Source: Azolla caroliniana (lineage: Eukaryota; Plantae; Polypodiophyta). From it: a DNA stretch of 64,000 bases. Position numbers and translations under genes: made by a program. The first letter of the stretch is position 1. Every line of letters begins with the position of its first letter. The stretch spans positions 11,966,001-12,030,000 of the forward strand of contig JBHGNT010000022.1 of NCBI GenBank assembly GCA_043228905.1. The letters run 5' to 3'. The notes under the pieces were generated by a model. The model did no database searches. It was not told where the DNA came from and saw nothing but the letters and a program-made list of their open reading frames with translations. Below, piece after piece: positions 12,529-38,500 of this stretch.

Positions 12529-15520
12529 TCTAAGAATACATCATCTTGATTTTTTTGCATGTATGTTTTTGGATTGTCGAGAACCTAGTCTCCCCAACAT
12601 TGTCTACTAATTATTATTCCATTAGCTTTTTACCATCCTATTTGACAACCTAGGGTTTTGACTCTTGAGAATCTAAATTTGCATAAATGTGCGTGTGTAT
12701 GGACCTAGTGAGATTGAGGTTTTTGGAGTGAGCGGTGCCGTGGTGTGGCGTGTCCTGTGTGAGAAAAAGTTAGGTTCCACGCGCATCTCACGAAGTGATG
12801 TATAAATGAAAATAATAATAACAAAAAATAAAACTTAAAGTAGCCTAGTGGTCCTAGCCATTTTTGAATAATCATGAAACAATTTCTATGTAAAAAACCA
12901 CCAAAATCGTGGTATCTAACCTAATTGTTGTACAAACCATCAATTTTGCAACATAACTCTTCTATATTTTTGTCTACATTTTTCCCTAACCTCGTGTGTA
13001 TTCTCCTTAAGGATTTGCTAATCGTGGTGGTGAATCCCCAACTTCCTCACCCCTTGTGTCTCCCCGGTCCAAGGCCCCGACGGTCTCGTTCGAGCAACAC
13101 ACGCACGCGAAACTTTGCGACCACGGTGAAGAGGCCAAAATCGAAGCTACGAGGGCACTCGAACAAGCCTTTATTCCACGAAAGGAGGTCGAGTTAGAAA
13201 TCTTTACCATTGAATTTTTCCTTGCTATTAGGCAATAAAAAAGAGGCTATAATGTTTTGGATTGGTTTTTAAGTGTGATTGTGTTTCCACTCAAGTGGAA
13301 ACCACAAATAAAAGGCATATAAGCAAAAGATAGGGGCTGCTAGTGTAATTTCAGCGCTACTTTTTGTTTACTTATTCTTTATATGTGAAGGCCAAGGGTG
13401 TTGGAGTCTAACTAATTACTAAAGCAAAACATAAAGGATTATATACCAAAGAAAGGAAACAAGGGTGCCAAACCACTCAAGCATCCCCTAGCCAACGGCG
13501 TGAGACGGAACGGAAATTTCATCTCCTTAATCCTTATCAACATTCCTTTTAAACCACTCCAAGTAACGGAGTAGAGAATTATCTCACATGTACCTGAATT
13601 GCCCTTTCATTACTTGAAACTAATGTTCCTTTCCGTCATTCATTAACAATTGTTTTCAATTATTGACTATCTGACTCGCAATCAAACATGGATCACTACC
13701 CATTTTTTTGCTCTAAAATCTGAGCTTGGAGCGCAATTTAAAACAAATTTGGAGCAATTTCATCAAACAACTGAATCTGGATTACTATGCTAGGAAATTC
13801 ATTGCATGGACATGAAGATTTCACCTCAAGAAAGACAGCAAGATTTTCGGAGCTTGATTCTGACCTCCAAGCAGAAAGTTGCAAGATCATATGTTAATTT
13901 TAGATAGTGGGAGTTGAACATGCTACATCGACCGAACATCCATCAACTTGAGGACATCCGAAGGGGGGAGGTTATAAACATAAATCTCGGGAATTTCAAT
14001 GCCCCTCAAGGAGGGAGGAGATAAATTTAAATTTTCAAAAACTTGAATCCCGTGAAGGAGGGAGGGCTACGTCTAAACTCTACCCATGACCACTGTTGAG
14101 TAAAGTTTTTAATCGCTACCACAAATTTTCCTAGTTCTAATTAACCTAACCAGATTTTAAAAGTTTTAATTGGCCATTTTTCTACTAGTGTTCATGTCAT
14201 CCGAAACTTCTTGAATTTTTTTAAATATCATCACATACCAAATCGTAAAGCATAAACATTAGTAAAAAAAAGTCACAATCGGTAACTAAGTATGAAAATA
14301 TTGAGAACATTGGTAACTAAGTAAACCATTGAGAAAAAATTACTATACAATATTGAAACATCACATTCCATATTGAAACAAAAATACTTGATGGAACATT
14401 ACATATCATAACATCAAATGCCATATTGAAACATCACATACCAAAATCGTAGAACATTTATATCTAATTCTCTTAGCAAGAAAGAGTAACAAGTCATTCA
14501 TGGCATGGGGAAATTCCAAACATATTCGAGCAAATTTACAAAATTTTGATCTATATCTTCTATGAAGTTCTCAATGTCATCATCACCCTAAGAAGTTCTT
14601 GTCAAAATATGACGATATGCCTTGCTTCGCCGCAACAAAATTTAGGCACCGAAGTCATGTTCTTCTAGATCAAGTCCTTCAATAGATATTCCTATCAATG
14701 CATCTACCACGTTTATTTTTACGAAATCCATGCTTTATTAGATGTAGGCAACTAAATCCTCTTTCACATGTTACCATAGAAGAGCATGTAATCGAACGGA
14801 ACCTAAACGGTTTCTCCCTTTCCATGTGGGTGTGCAGACACGAGTTGCTCACATGAGACAACATACAAAACGAGATGAAATATGATATAAGAAATTATAG
14901 ACATGGCATGTATTGTTTATATGATATAAGAAATTATAGACATGGCATGTATTGTTTAATTTCTATAAGTGTGTAAGGCCTTTCAAAATATTATTAAACA
15001 AGGGAAAATTATACATGTGTTGTATATAAAAGTGGCAAGATTATATAGATATATATCTATACATACTGGCATACATGTGCTTGTTTAGGGATTCGTCTTT
15101 TAATTATTCATGAAATACTTTGTAACGTGGTTTCATATGATACTTTCTAATGGAGAATCGTGTTTCAAAAATCATTAAGCACTTTAAAGTTGTTAACTTC
15201 TCAAATTTGTATGTTTACGATTGTGGGAAATGGGCCAAATACATAAGACATGAGGTATGCAAATACACAACGTGCAAGTGGAAATATGTACATATTATGG
15301 AGGCATTTCCAAGCACGAGACTTGAAAGCTACAAAGACGTGTGGAACTTTTTGGACATGAGTACCTTATTTGGTATGATTATAAAAGGACTCTTGAAGTG
15401 TGATCTATGCATAACTCAATATATATCTCAAAACCACCAACACAACCATATCATCAAACCTCTCACCATATACATATCAATAATATAGCCATTTGACATC
15501 AACCTTACGGTATATACTCA

Positions 15521-16975
15521 ATGGTGATCCTCAATGGGAATAATAGTCTTGCGAATCTCGAGTCCGTGAGGCCGGGCTCCGTGATGTCACTACAAGGGTT
15601 AAATATAGGCTTTGTGAAACTGGCCTCCAAGTGGGCCCAAGATTCCCATTTCACATTATCATCGCGCTCGATGCATACCTCCTCTCGAATCAACTCTCGG
15701 CCATGCCCACACCGAGCTACAAGCCTAAATTTGTTGCCATTGCGGTGCTCAATGGGGGCAGCCTCTGAATTGCACCCAGACCATGCCCATGTGAGTGTGG
15801 AGCACGATACTTGGACACAAGTTTCCAGTTTCACATCGCCGTGTATCAAGTTCTTGCAAACCGAATGTGACTCACGGATCCCAACTTGTGGTTCCGGTTT
15901 CATCTTGCCACCAATCCGATGCTCGTTCCCCACCAAATTGCACCCGCAATGCGAGACTATAAGGATGGTGTGCGAGCCATGGATCCTTAACTTGGCTCGC
16001 CCCGGTTCCGAGCAGCTCATCCTCGATTGTCTCATCCCCCGCTATGTGTGCCGCCTTTTCCCGGAAGCAACCGACCTCCGAGATCTTGAAACCATCACCA
16101 ATTTCATTGCTTGGTTGTTCTTGTCGGACGACATAGAAGACACTGGCCCTTTGTTACTCGGTACCGAAGGTCGTGGTTTCATGGGGTCTCATGATCATGG
16201 TCCTCCATCTACCACCAATGTTTGGGCACAATCGGTTCTTTCTAAACTCCGCGACCCACAATCTCCTATCAATGTCGTCCTTTTCGACAATTCGAGTGAC
16301 TGCCGTGCCCAGAGCTTAATCATGTTAGATGCATTGGGGGAACTATGGGGGAAGATGTCATCTCGGCTCGTCCCACAAGCGCGGTCGCGCTTCATATCGG
16401 TCATGCAAGATCATCTTCATGCCGTCTGCCTTCAGCCCACAAGCAAACGAGCATTTTGGCGGCACGAGGAGGGAGGCGATATGAACAAGAACGTAGAGGA
16501 ATATAGGGCTATTCGCCGGCATTCCTCGGGCTTCCTTGTCGGTTTCGAGCTAGTCCTCTACGTGTTAGGCCTAGATGAGGATCCCATCCATCTCCACCCA
16601 CTCGTAGAGGAGTTCCGGGACCTCGTCTTAGACTACATATGGATGTGCAACGACATCGTGTCGTGCCACATGGAGGCTTCCCTCGGTTACAATTTCAACC
16701 TTCCGTGGGTCGTGTATGAGAGTGGTGCATTCGGGTCCTTCCAGGACTCGGTGGAAGTTGTGGTGGGTATGATGAATAGTGTGGATGCTCGGTGTGCACA
16801 AGTAGTTGATGCCATCCAACGGAATGAGGAGTTGATACGAAAGGAGCCGAAGCTCAATGCTTACTTGGCGACCATGGTGTCGTGGATGTCCGGCACGCTT
16901 TGTTGGTCCTTTGAAACCTATCGTTATGGCCTCAAACACGACAATGAGCATCACAAGCATACAATATCTTGTTGA
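15521..16975 (+). CDS. MTPSL copy 2, translation identical to copy 1
   Basis: Same 484-aa translation and motifs in the ORF track. Confidence 0.9.
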   Translation: MVILNGNNSLANLESVRPGSVMSLQGLNIGFVKLASKWAQDSHFTLSSRSMHTSSRINSRPCPHRATSLNLLPLRCSMGAASELHPDHAHVSVEHDTWTQVSSFTSPCIKFLQTECDSRIPTCGSGFILPPIRCSFPTKLHPQCETIRMVCEPWILNLARPGSEQLILDCLIPRYVCRLFPEATDLRDLETITNFIAWLFLSDDIEDTGPLLLGTEGRGFMGSHDHGPPSTTNVWAQSVLSKLRDPQSPINVVLFDNSSDCRAQSLIMLDALGELWGKMSSRLVPQARSRFISVMQDHLHAVCLQPTSKRAFWRHEEGGDMNKNVEEYRAIRRHSSGFLVGFELVLYVLGLDEDPIHLHPLVEEFRDLVLDYIWMCNDIVSCHMEASLGYNFNLPWVVYESGAFGSFQDSVEVVVGMMNSVDARCAQVVDAIQRNEELIRKEPKLNAYLATMVSWMSGTLCWSFETYRYGLKHDNEHHKHTISC

Positions 16976-17894
16976 TCTAAGAATACATCATCTTGATTTT
17001 TTTGCATGTATGTTTTTGGATTGTCGAGAACCTAGTCTCCCCAACATTGTCTACTAATTATTATTCCATTAGCTTTTTACCATCCTATTTGACAACCTAG
17101 GGTTTTGACTCTTGAGAATCTAAATTTGCATAAATGTGCGTGTGTATGGACCTAGTGAGATTGAGGTTTTTGGAGTGAGCGGTGCCGTGGTGTGGCGTGT
17201 CCTGTGTGAGAAAAAGTTAGGTTCCACGCGCATCTCACGAAGTGATGTATAAATGAAAATAATAATAAATGAAAATAATAATAACAAAAAATAAAACTTA
17301 AAGTAGCCTAGTGGTCCTAGCCATTTTTGAATTATCATGAAACAATTTCTATGTAAAAAACCACCAAAATCGTGGTATCTAACCTAATTGTTGTACAAAC
17401 CATCAATTTTGCAACATAACTCTTCTATATTTTTGTCTACATTTTTCCCTAACCTCGTGTGTATTCTCCTTAAGGATTTGCTAATCGTGGTGGTGAATCC
17501 CCAACTTCCTCACCCCTTGTGTCTCCCCGGTCCAAGGCCCCGACGGTCTCGTTCGAGCAACACACGCACGCGAAACTTTGCGACCACGGTGAAGAGGCCA
17601 AAATCGAAGCTACGAGGGCACTCGAACAAGCCTTTATTCCACGAAAGGAGGTCGAGTTAGAAATCTTTACCATTGAATTTTTCCTTGCTATTAGGCAATA
17701 AAAAAGAGGCTATAATGTTTTGGATTGGTTTTTAAGTGTGATTGTGTTTCCACTCAAGTGGAAACCACAAATAAAAGGCATATAAGCAAAAGATAGGGGC
17801 TGCTAGTGTAATTTCAGCGCTACTTTTTGTTTACTTATTCTTTATATGTGAAGGCCAAGGGTGTTGGAGTCTAACTAATTACTAAAGCAAAACA

Positions 17895-18255
17895 TAAAGG
17901 ATTATATACCAAAGAAAGGAAACAAGGGTGCCAAACCACTCAAGCATCCCCTAGCCAACGGCGTGAGACGGACTTGTACCTCCTCGATACCCATACCATT
18001 GAGGGTTGATGCGAGTCGTACCTTGGGTTCTACAAGGAATAGATGTGCTTACCTAAGAAGAGCCATAGTGACACTATTGTAGTCTCAACATAAGCGAGGT
18101 ATCCTTTCATAAGAAGGTCGCGAGCCTCCTTATGTATGTAGAAACCCTAGGCCTTAGTGTGTTCACGCTTGACTACTTTTTTTGAAGTGGACAAGTGATA
18201 ACACACTTAGAGTTATCCCACGTTGTAGAATTAACTATTACAATTAATACCCTCG
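17895..18255. repeat. Dispersed ~350-bp repeat; also at ~24923-25252 and truncated at the duplication junction ~13433-13509
   Basis: Shared blocks gcgtgagacgga, ccat(t/c)gagggttg, aagagccata, aagtgataaca, agttatc. Confidence 0.65.
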
Positions 18256-18582
18256 TTCCTTTAAGAATTAACCCACACGTACTCATCATAAGATTAGGGA
18301 AAACTATTGAAACCTATCTCATTATGAGTTATGGTTATGCATGTAACAGAGGGATAGCCTAAAAGAACGAAAAAGAAACAAAACCGAAAGTTGAAAATTA
18401 GAAAACAGAGAGTGAAAATTTGAATGAAAAAATAGAGATTAGAAAAGAGAGAATGAGTGAGAGAGATCCAACATGAGAGAAAAAGAGAGATACGAAGTGA
18501 AGGAGGAAGCTTGAGGCAACATTGATCTCGACTTTCACGGAAGCCCTACTTCTATCATTTATGGAAGAGTTCTCTTCTTCAA

Positions 18583-18731
18583 TTCTTTTTCAATGACATA
18601 AAATACAATAGCCCCTTGGTATACAAAAGATTATGGTTTCACGAGGTCTCATGATCATAGTCCTCCCTCTACCACCAATTTCAATTTCCAAGGCACGATT
18701 AGCTCTTTCTAAACTTTACACCCCACAATCT
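18583..18731 (+). pseudogene. Decayed MTPSL fragment covering the DDxxD region and the following segment
   Basis: ggtttcacgaggtctcatgatcatagtcctccctctaccaccaat...ctttctaaact...ccacaatc aligns to MTPSL 11728-11817 (ggtttcatggggtctcatgatcatggtcctccatctaccaccaat...ctttctaaact...ccacaatc). Contains indels. Confidence 0.8.
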
Positions 18732-19239
18732 TGTAATGACAATGGGCTAACCAATAGATACTAAATGAATAATAGCACCTACGCTAAACATATTAGCTAT
18801 TATTTATTTATTTAGATGTTAGAGTTACAATTACGTAGTTACATTACCTAATAGTTAATTGGTTATTCATTTGTTAGTTAGCTATTCACATATTGATTAT
18901 CTATTTCTAAACTCATTGCAAAGTTCCTCGAACCATTTGTGGTCAAACGCCTCGAGGACCGATTTTTACATGTTATAATAATAATTACCACGTACAAATG
19001 AGTTTTCTTAAGGATTCAGTTAACCTACTCCCGTATCATCAGATCTCCTCACTCCAAGATGTGACATGCATTAAATGTGAATGTCCAAATTTATAGTCAA
19101 ACGATTCATATATAAATGCAATGTACAAGAGCATGTTTAGAAATCCATGAACAGTTTTTTAGATATAATCTTGTGTCCTCAAGGATTCGAGGCTAACTTG
19201 CACCCACCACTACAAGTGTGTCATGGTTAAATGTAGCAA

Positions 19240-19880
19240 TTAGCAACGGTTCGGTTCGGTTTGAGAGTGTCAAAATTGAATCGTTTAAAAATTTTGAAAC
19301 TTGAACCGAACCGAACTACGAAACCGTTAAACCAAACTCCTAAAAAAATTCAAACCGTTAAAATCGCAGTTTCGCGGTTTGGTTTCAATTTTCAACTTAG
19401 GTCAAAATTCAAATTTTAAATTTTTAAAAATTTAAAGATTTTCCTAAAATGTGAGAATAAGGCCTGAAAATGAAATGATTGTTTAACAATTTGTATTCTT
19501 TTTTAAAAATTTAAAAATAATAAAAATAAAAACCTTTTAACCGTTTAAACCGTGGTGTCTAACTATCCAAATCTGAACCACGAAACCATTAAATTGAATT
19601 GCTAAAAAAATTTCAAACCGTTAAAATCGCGGTTTTGTGCAAATTTCAAAATTCAAAAATTCAAAAATTTAAAGATTTTCTTAAAATGTGAGAAAAAGGC
19701 CTGAAAATGAAATGATTGTTTAAAAACAATTTGTAATTTTTTTAATTAAAATTATTTATCTATTTATTTATAGAAACCGTTTAACCGTCTAAATTGCAGT
19801 TTCTAACTGTCTAAACCGAACCGAACCGTTTAAAAAAACCTGAACCTGAACTAAACTAAACCGCTTAAACCGTTTTGAAT
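19240..19880. mobile_element. MITE-like non-autonomous element with AACCG/CGGTT subterminal repeats and an internal ~240-bp duplication
   Basis: Clusters of cggttcggtt and aaccgaaccg at both ends; ~19340-19560 repeated at ~19605-19810. TIR and TSD not resolved. Confidence 0.55.
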
Positions 19881-19959
19881 GTTGGGACCTATTCTTGCTT
19901 TTCCCTTTTTCACTTTTTTTTTTTTTGCTTGGTCTCTCTCTCTCTCTCACTCCTAGAGA

Positions 19960-20705
19960 GACAAACCAAGCATACTTTCAAGAGCCAAAGACTAAAGGGT
20001 GGCTCTTTGACTCATTAGTGACCCCCTCCCTCATGTATGCATCAACAGTTTGGGCTCTAGGATTACCATCTTTCATGTGGACACAATTAGAGAGACCATT
20101 GGTGATGATGTTATCACACCAACTCCGAAGCAAATCGACGGTACCACATGGCATTATTAAGGCTGAGTTCACATTACCCCCAATGTTAGTACATGCACTT
20201 TTCCAACTTGTAGTCTTTCTTTATAGGATACATAGCCAACCACATGATGGAATATCTCATCAAGCCTTTAAGGTCTCTCGATCATTGTATGAGTCCGGCT
20301 ATACTAACTCATGGTATGGCATGATGGTGAGTTGGCTTCTTGCGAATGGTCTAGACATTAATAACCTACCTCCTCTTAGGTACAACCACACGATTGATAA
20401 CACTTTAATCTCTCATGAGGACCGCAATAAAGTAATACGCCAAGACATATGGCAAATTTACACTCGGTATAAATGGATCACCCCACGAGAGCCACTCCCA
20501 TGTTGTACTATAAAGAACACTTCATGCACTTCTTTGAGTTAGGTTTTATCACGCAGCCAAAATATCTAGATGTATTCTTACCACATGCACTAAGGGGGGC
20601 CATTGGACAACTTAGAATATCATCTCACTAACTTGAGATTAAGAATGGCCGTACTAATGGAGTCCCTAGGGAGGAAAGGATATGTAGGTTATGTCAAAGC
20701 AACTC
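19960..20705 (+). mobile_element. 3' fragment of a LINE ORF2 (post-RT region)
   Basis: LFDSLVTPSLMYASTVW, then QLRISSH-LEI...PREERICRLC, typical of non-LTR ORF2 C-termini. Frameshifted. Confidence 0.7.
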
Positions 20706-21014
20706 GACGTGGTGTGGAAGCAATAATGAAAATAAGGGAACTTGAGATACACCGCCTAGAAGCCATGGCTAGGGCACTCTCTACATTGGAACCACGGGTG
20801 ACACCCACATCAAAACCCTTTGACCCCCCACTTCTTTTCGAGAGGCTTGGGTGGAAATAAAATTAGGATTAGTGTAAAGTCACTTCCTTTATCGAGTATA
20901 CCACGTTATTGTACGCTACTATAACTCTTTTAGCTTAAGTTCTATGTTTACTTTATTTTATTTTAGTTATGATGACCGGATAAATACTCATTTTGTTGTA
21001 AACCAATTGTCTCA

Positions 21015-21110
21015 TGGGCCAAATTTGACCTTAAAAGATGTTAATATATCTTTCTTTCTTTCTTTCTCTCTAAAGACAAAACAAAATAAAGCCACTGTCT
21101 TAAACCCTAA
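21015..21110 (+). promoter_or_regulatory. Site II (TGGGCC) plus telo-box (AAACCCTAA) upstream of the cyclophilin gene
   Basis: tgggcc at 21015-21020 and aaaccctaa at 21102-21110, about 90-185 bp before the ATG at 21200. Confidence 0.45.
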
Positions 21111-21199
21111 CAAAACAAAAAAACAGAAAGAAAGAAATTAAACCTTCCATCCAGTCGACCATTTCTGCAGAGATTCGGTTTGTTCTGTCGAAAGACGCC

Positions 21200-34304
<13,105 letters not shown>

Positions 34305-35850
34305 CAATAACGTTCTCTTCTCTCCATGACTTTTTTTGTTACGATAAAGAAATGAGTTCGTATATCATTTGAAGCTACTTTTTGGTGCGTAAGGAAAACC
34401 ATTTCATGAGATGACATTTTATTTTGATGGTGAAAGGTTCACCAAAAAGTTGGAAAAAATACTAGATAGATGTTCATGGCTGAGAAAATATTGTTTTGGC
34501 TGGCTATTTGTTGTCGTCCAATCCATAAATTACAACTCCATCTGATAAATACGATTTTGAATCTGTTTTGTCTCTTGATATATTTAGAGGGGAACTCTGA
34601 AAGATCCCTTGAGTTGTCATTTATCCTGAAATGTCTTTGGTCAATCCTCAAATAAGAGAAATAAAATGAATAAACCATGTCTTTGGTCCTTGAAAAAGAT
34701 GGGATGAATTGCAAAATTAATTCTATTCAAATAGCACATGAAATTACTAGAGACAGGCTTGACAGAGGAGACGGTATCTACATGTCTCTTAAAAAATAAG
34801 GTAAAACTATTTAGACATGTACATATATGGTATATGCAACAAAACAAATTTATTACAAGAATCTCTCACCAAAGGCAAATTTCACATCACCAAGAAACAA
34901 GAGAAAATTAGTTAAAAGCATAAAGTTAGTGTCCCCACAAGAAGGCCAAAGAACAAAATTGAACTTATTTACAATGCTCCATTCAAACCATCCTCACTCA
35001 ACAATCCAAGCATGGAGAAGGCTAGTTAGGCTCAACACTAGTTGTTTGAAATCTGATAGACAAGCTTCACCTTAAGGAAGAAAAACTCCATGTGTAGAAT
35101 GACATTGGAATGATGTATCAAAATGTTTCACTCTATCATCAAATACTCTATGTCATGGTAAACTATGAACATACACAAGTGGGCATTCAGACCCACTTTG
35201 GAGAAAATTTCCAATCTATGATATTACGAAACAAGTAAAAATTGACATGAAATGTTGATAGATTGAAATCATTGTAATGCACAGAATGGTGATGCAATTA
35301 AAAAGCATCATCAGATTGAATAGAGGAAGTGGAGATTGGCACATAAGAGGGAATAGAGGAACACAACCCTTTGTTAAATGTTGTCCTTATGGCAAAATTG
35401 AATAAGTGTTTATGGTAAGGTTTGTTTGCTCTAAAAGAGGCTCACATATGTATGTGCCTAAGGTATGAGCCCCTTTATGGCTTGCTCATATGACATTATC
35501 AATTACAAGATCATAGCATCACGAGATAGCGGGGAGGGGGGAGAGGAGAGACAAATATTATCAAAGAGGAGCTAAGGGTCTCTTGTATTGTTAATGTCTT
35601 GGATACACTATGTACAACCACTTAAACAATAATATTATTTCTTTGAAACCCATCATATTTAGCTAGTATATAATTGCACCAATAAGGAAAATGTAAAGAT
35701 GGTAATGACATATAAATTTTTATAGAGAAGTCATGGAATGATTTATTAGAGATTTATGCTCCATTGTAACAATTGGGTGCATTTTGAAGTAGGCAACTCA
35801 TTTATTATTGACATAATTAGGAAAAGGAGGGCTTATGATTCATGACATTA

Positions 35851-36439
35851 TCAATATTCTGGGTGGGAAAGAAGAAAGGCCTCAATCGTGAGGAAACTCT
35901 TGGGAACAACATCTTTGAGGGCAATGGGGACATAAGGTTTGTGTTTCTCGGAGAGGGCCTCATATTCAAAGGTGAAATAGATAACACTTGAGTTAGGTCC
36001 AGTCTCTTGAATGTGGAAAGTTCCCTTGTAGTGTTTGACAAGGATACCTATGAAGCCGCCTTCAATTATATCGAGCTTGACAAAAAGGGCTTGTGGGTCG
36101 ACTTCAAGGATCTTTTCCTTGGTGAACAAAACTAGGTGGTCTAGGTGCTTCTCCTTAGAGGTCTTCTCAGCATAGCCTAAGGGAGAGGCAAACAAGGGAA
36201 GGTGTTAAGACTGTCTATGACAAAGCAATAAATTAACAATCAATCAACCACATACTCTTGTGGTAGTGGATCATGTAGATAGAACCAACTTTGTGTTTGG
36301 GCCCTAGGTACTCCACTCGTTCGACAGCTTCGGGAACAGCTTTGGGAAGAATTGAATGTGCATCTTCAAATGCAGCCTTCCACATCCGCTTCGCAGACAC
36401 TTTCAACGCCAACTTATCACTATACACCTCCACAACCAT
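35851..36439 (-). CDS. PR-10/Bet v 1 family protein, 169 aa; exons 36439-36256 and 36176-35851
   Basis: VSAKRMWKAAFEDAHSILPKAVP..., KEKILEVD, IIEGG and terminal IEAFLLSHPEY*. A single phase-1 GT-AG intron at codon 62, the usual PR-10 position. Confidence 0.88.
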
Positions 36440-38189
36440 CTTATGTGTAATTGAATGAAGGTTTACTTGCTCGCTATTAGTTTGTTTACCTCACTCTTGG
36501 TGATTAGAATGTGTCTATATGCTTCTCCTCCTTTCATGGACCCAAGTTTTTATAGTCATAATTCCCTCTCACATAGTCAAATCATTTTGGAACTTTTCTA
36601 CAATTTAATTACTTCTTTAGAAGTGTTTAGAAGAGTATTTTGAATAGCTAGCCTCATTGAAGTTAAAAGTCCTTAAAGTGGAGAAGATTTGAACCTTCTA
36701 AGAATAATTAAAGATGGAATGGACATGAATGGGGAATATAGTAAGCACAAAAACGGAGTTCTCTAACATTAAATCTAGGAAAGATAAAAACATCACCCAA
36801 AAACAATTAAAGATTGTGCGCAAAATTTAAAATAAAACAAACAACATTTGGTTTCGAACACGTCATTACACATTCTTCAATTCAACAATTTTATGTTAAA
36901 AAAATTGAAGATAGTTAAGCCACACATAAATTGCTTATTTACATAAAGAAAAAATTGGACTCAAAATTCGGCATTGTAATGCATGCCATTAATATACTCA
37001 TGCCTTGGGGGATAGCAAAAAACAATTAAGTAGTTATTATCAAAAGGAATTCCAAAACACTGAGGATAACTCAATTTTCGTTTGCTACTAAAGTTTGAGT
37101 CATTTCTATGAAAAACAACTCCAAAAGTTCCCCATTGGAAACCTCTTCCAAAACTCATCCAAAGGCACAATCTAAGAAATATAGGAGCATATAATGATTG
37201 TAGCACATGTTTCCAAACATATTTTTGTAAGTAGTGCTATATGAGAAGACATTTACAAATAATGAAATCAACATGAAGAATGATTGTGAGATATTGTTCG
37301 TTGAATAGCATGCACATTGCAATATCTAAATTTTTAAAGTGAAGCAACTGAACTGAGAAGCATTTGCCTAGTGGTTACTACCGTATTTAACTAATATTCC
37401 AGTTGATTTTATGCCATATGCCTAGTGGCTACTGCTGTGGAATGATTACGTGCCATTTGTATATTCAAGCTAGTGAGCCGTGTTTGACAAGAAGATTGCA
37501 CATGTACATTTGCATTTTGCTGCTAGATCAAAGAAAATATGAACCAACATCCCTCATTTACAAGTAATATCAACAATAGCCTATGTATCAATGCATAGAC
37601 ATGGTTAAGAATTTAATAAATTTAACATTTGAAGTGTATACTAAATAAAGTTACCGACGCAAACTTTGCGGTTTCAATTAATGACAATAGTATATGCATT
37701 AATCTCATTGCTAGTTGTATTCATAATGTATTTGCATGATAATTGTTTGTGTTAATGACTAATGAGCATTATGAACAAAAATATCATGTGTATGAATGAA
37801 GTAATTTGCTCACTAATAACTATCACCATGTTATTGGTGTGGTTAATATTGTAAAAATCAAGTGATAATTAACAAAAATCATAATAACGTTAAGGTGATG
37901 CTTGAAAATACATTAACAAGGTGTAACCATCAAAATTTTGTTAAGTCCCACATTAGTGCCATTGCATTATAAATGGCATGATTCCATGCTATGTGCAATG
38001 TCCATCAAATACAAACATTTTATGTGTTGGAGGACACACATTTAGCTCCTTGTCCCTTTGATGGTTGGTAGAAGTCAAATTCATGTTGGTAAACAATACA
38101 TTAGTTTGAGCATTTTCCATGAAGATTGGTGGAATTACATTTTATGGAAAAAAAGATTGGTGGAATTACATTGCACAATGTCTTCATAT

Positions 38190-38500
38190 AGAGACCATTG
38201 TTTCTAAAGTCCATTACAAGACAACTTACTAAGAAAATGGTCTTCCAAGTAGACAATCATAAGCTATTTGGTGAACCGATCACGTGGCTACAAATGTGTG
38301 GTGGTACTCAACTCCATATATCGAGAAAGGATTATTTAAGACCATGCCCTCTTGCTGTTGAGTCAAACCATTGGGTCATTTGATACTGCCCCTTCATTGT
38401 CAACATTCCAATGATACCAAACCCCTACTCTAGTGTTGACGATTACATGGGTAGTGACACCATTTACTAACAATGGGAGTGTGAAGCTAGGGTTGTTAGC
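38190..38500 (-). mobile_element. Highly decayed retropepsin (gypsy-type protease) remnant
   Basis: Minus-strand fragments LLVNGVTTHVIVNT and YDCLLGRPF. Confidence 0.4.

Larger units (their letters stand above)
9062..17972 (+). repeat. Recent tandem segmental duplication; unit 1 ~9062-13508, unit 2 ~13509-17972
   Basis: ORFs recur at offset 4447, then 4463 after a 16-bp micro-duplication at ~17250. The junction reads gagACGGA-ACGGAaatttc. Confidence 0.95.

Noticed and set aside
11058-12610. Antisense and overlapping ORFs (176, 110, 69, 66 aa) across the MTPSL, and their duplicates
   Set aside because: Shadows of a GC-rich coding strand, with no motifs.
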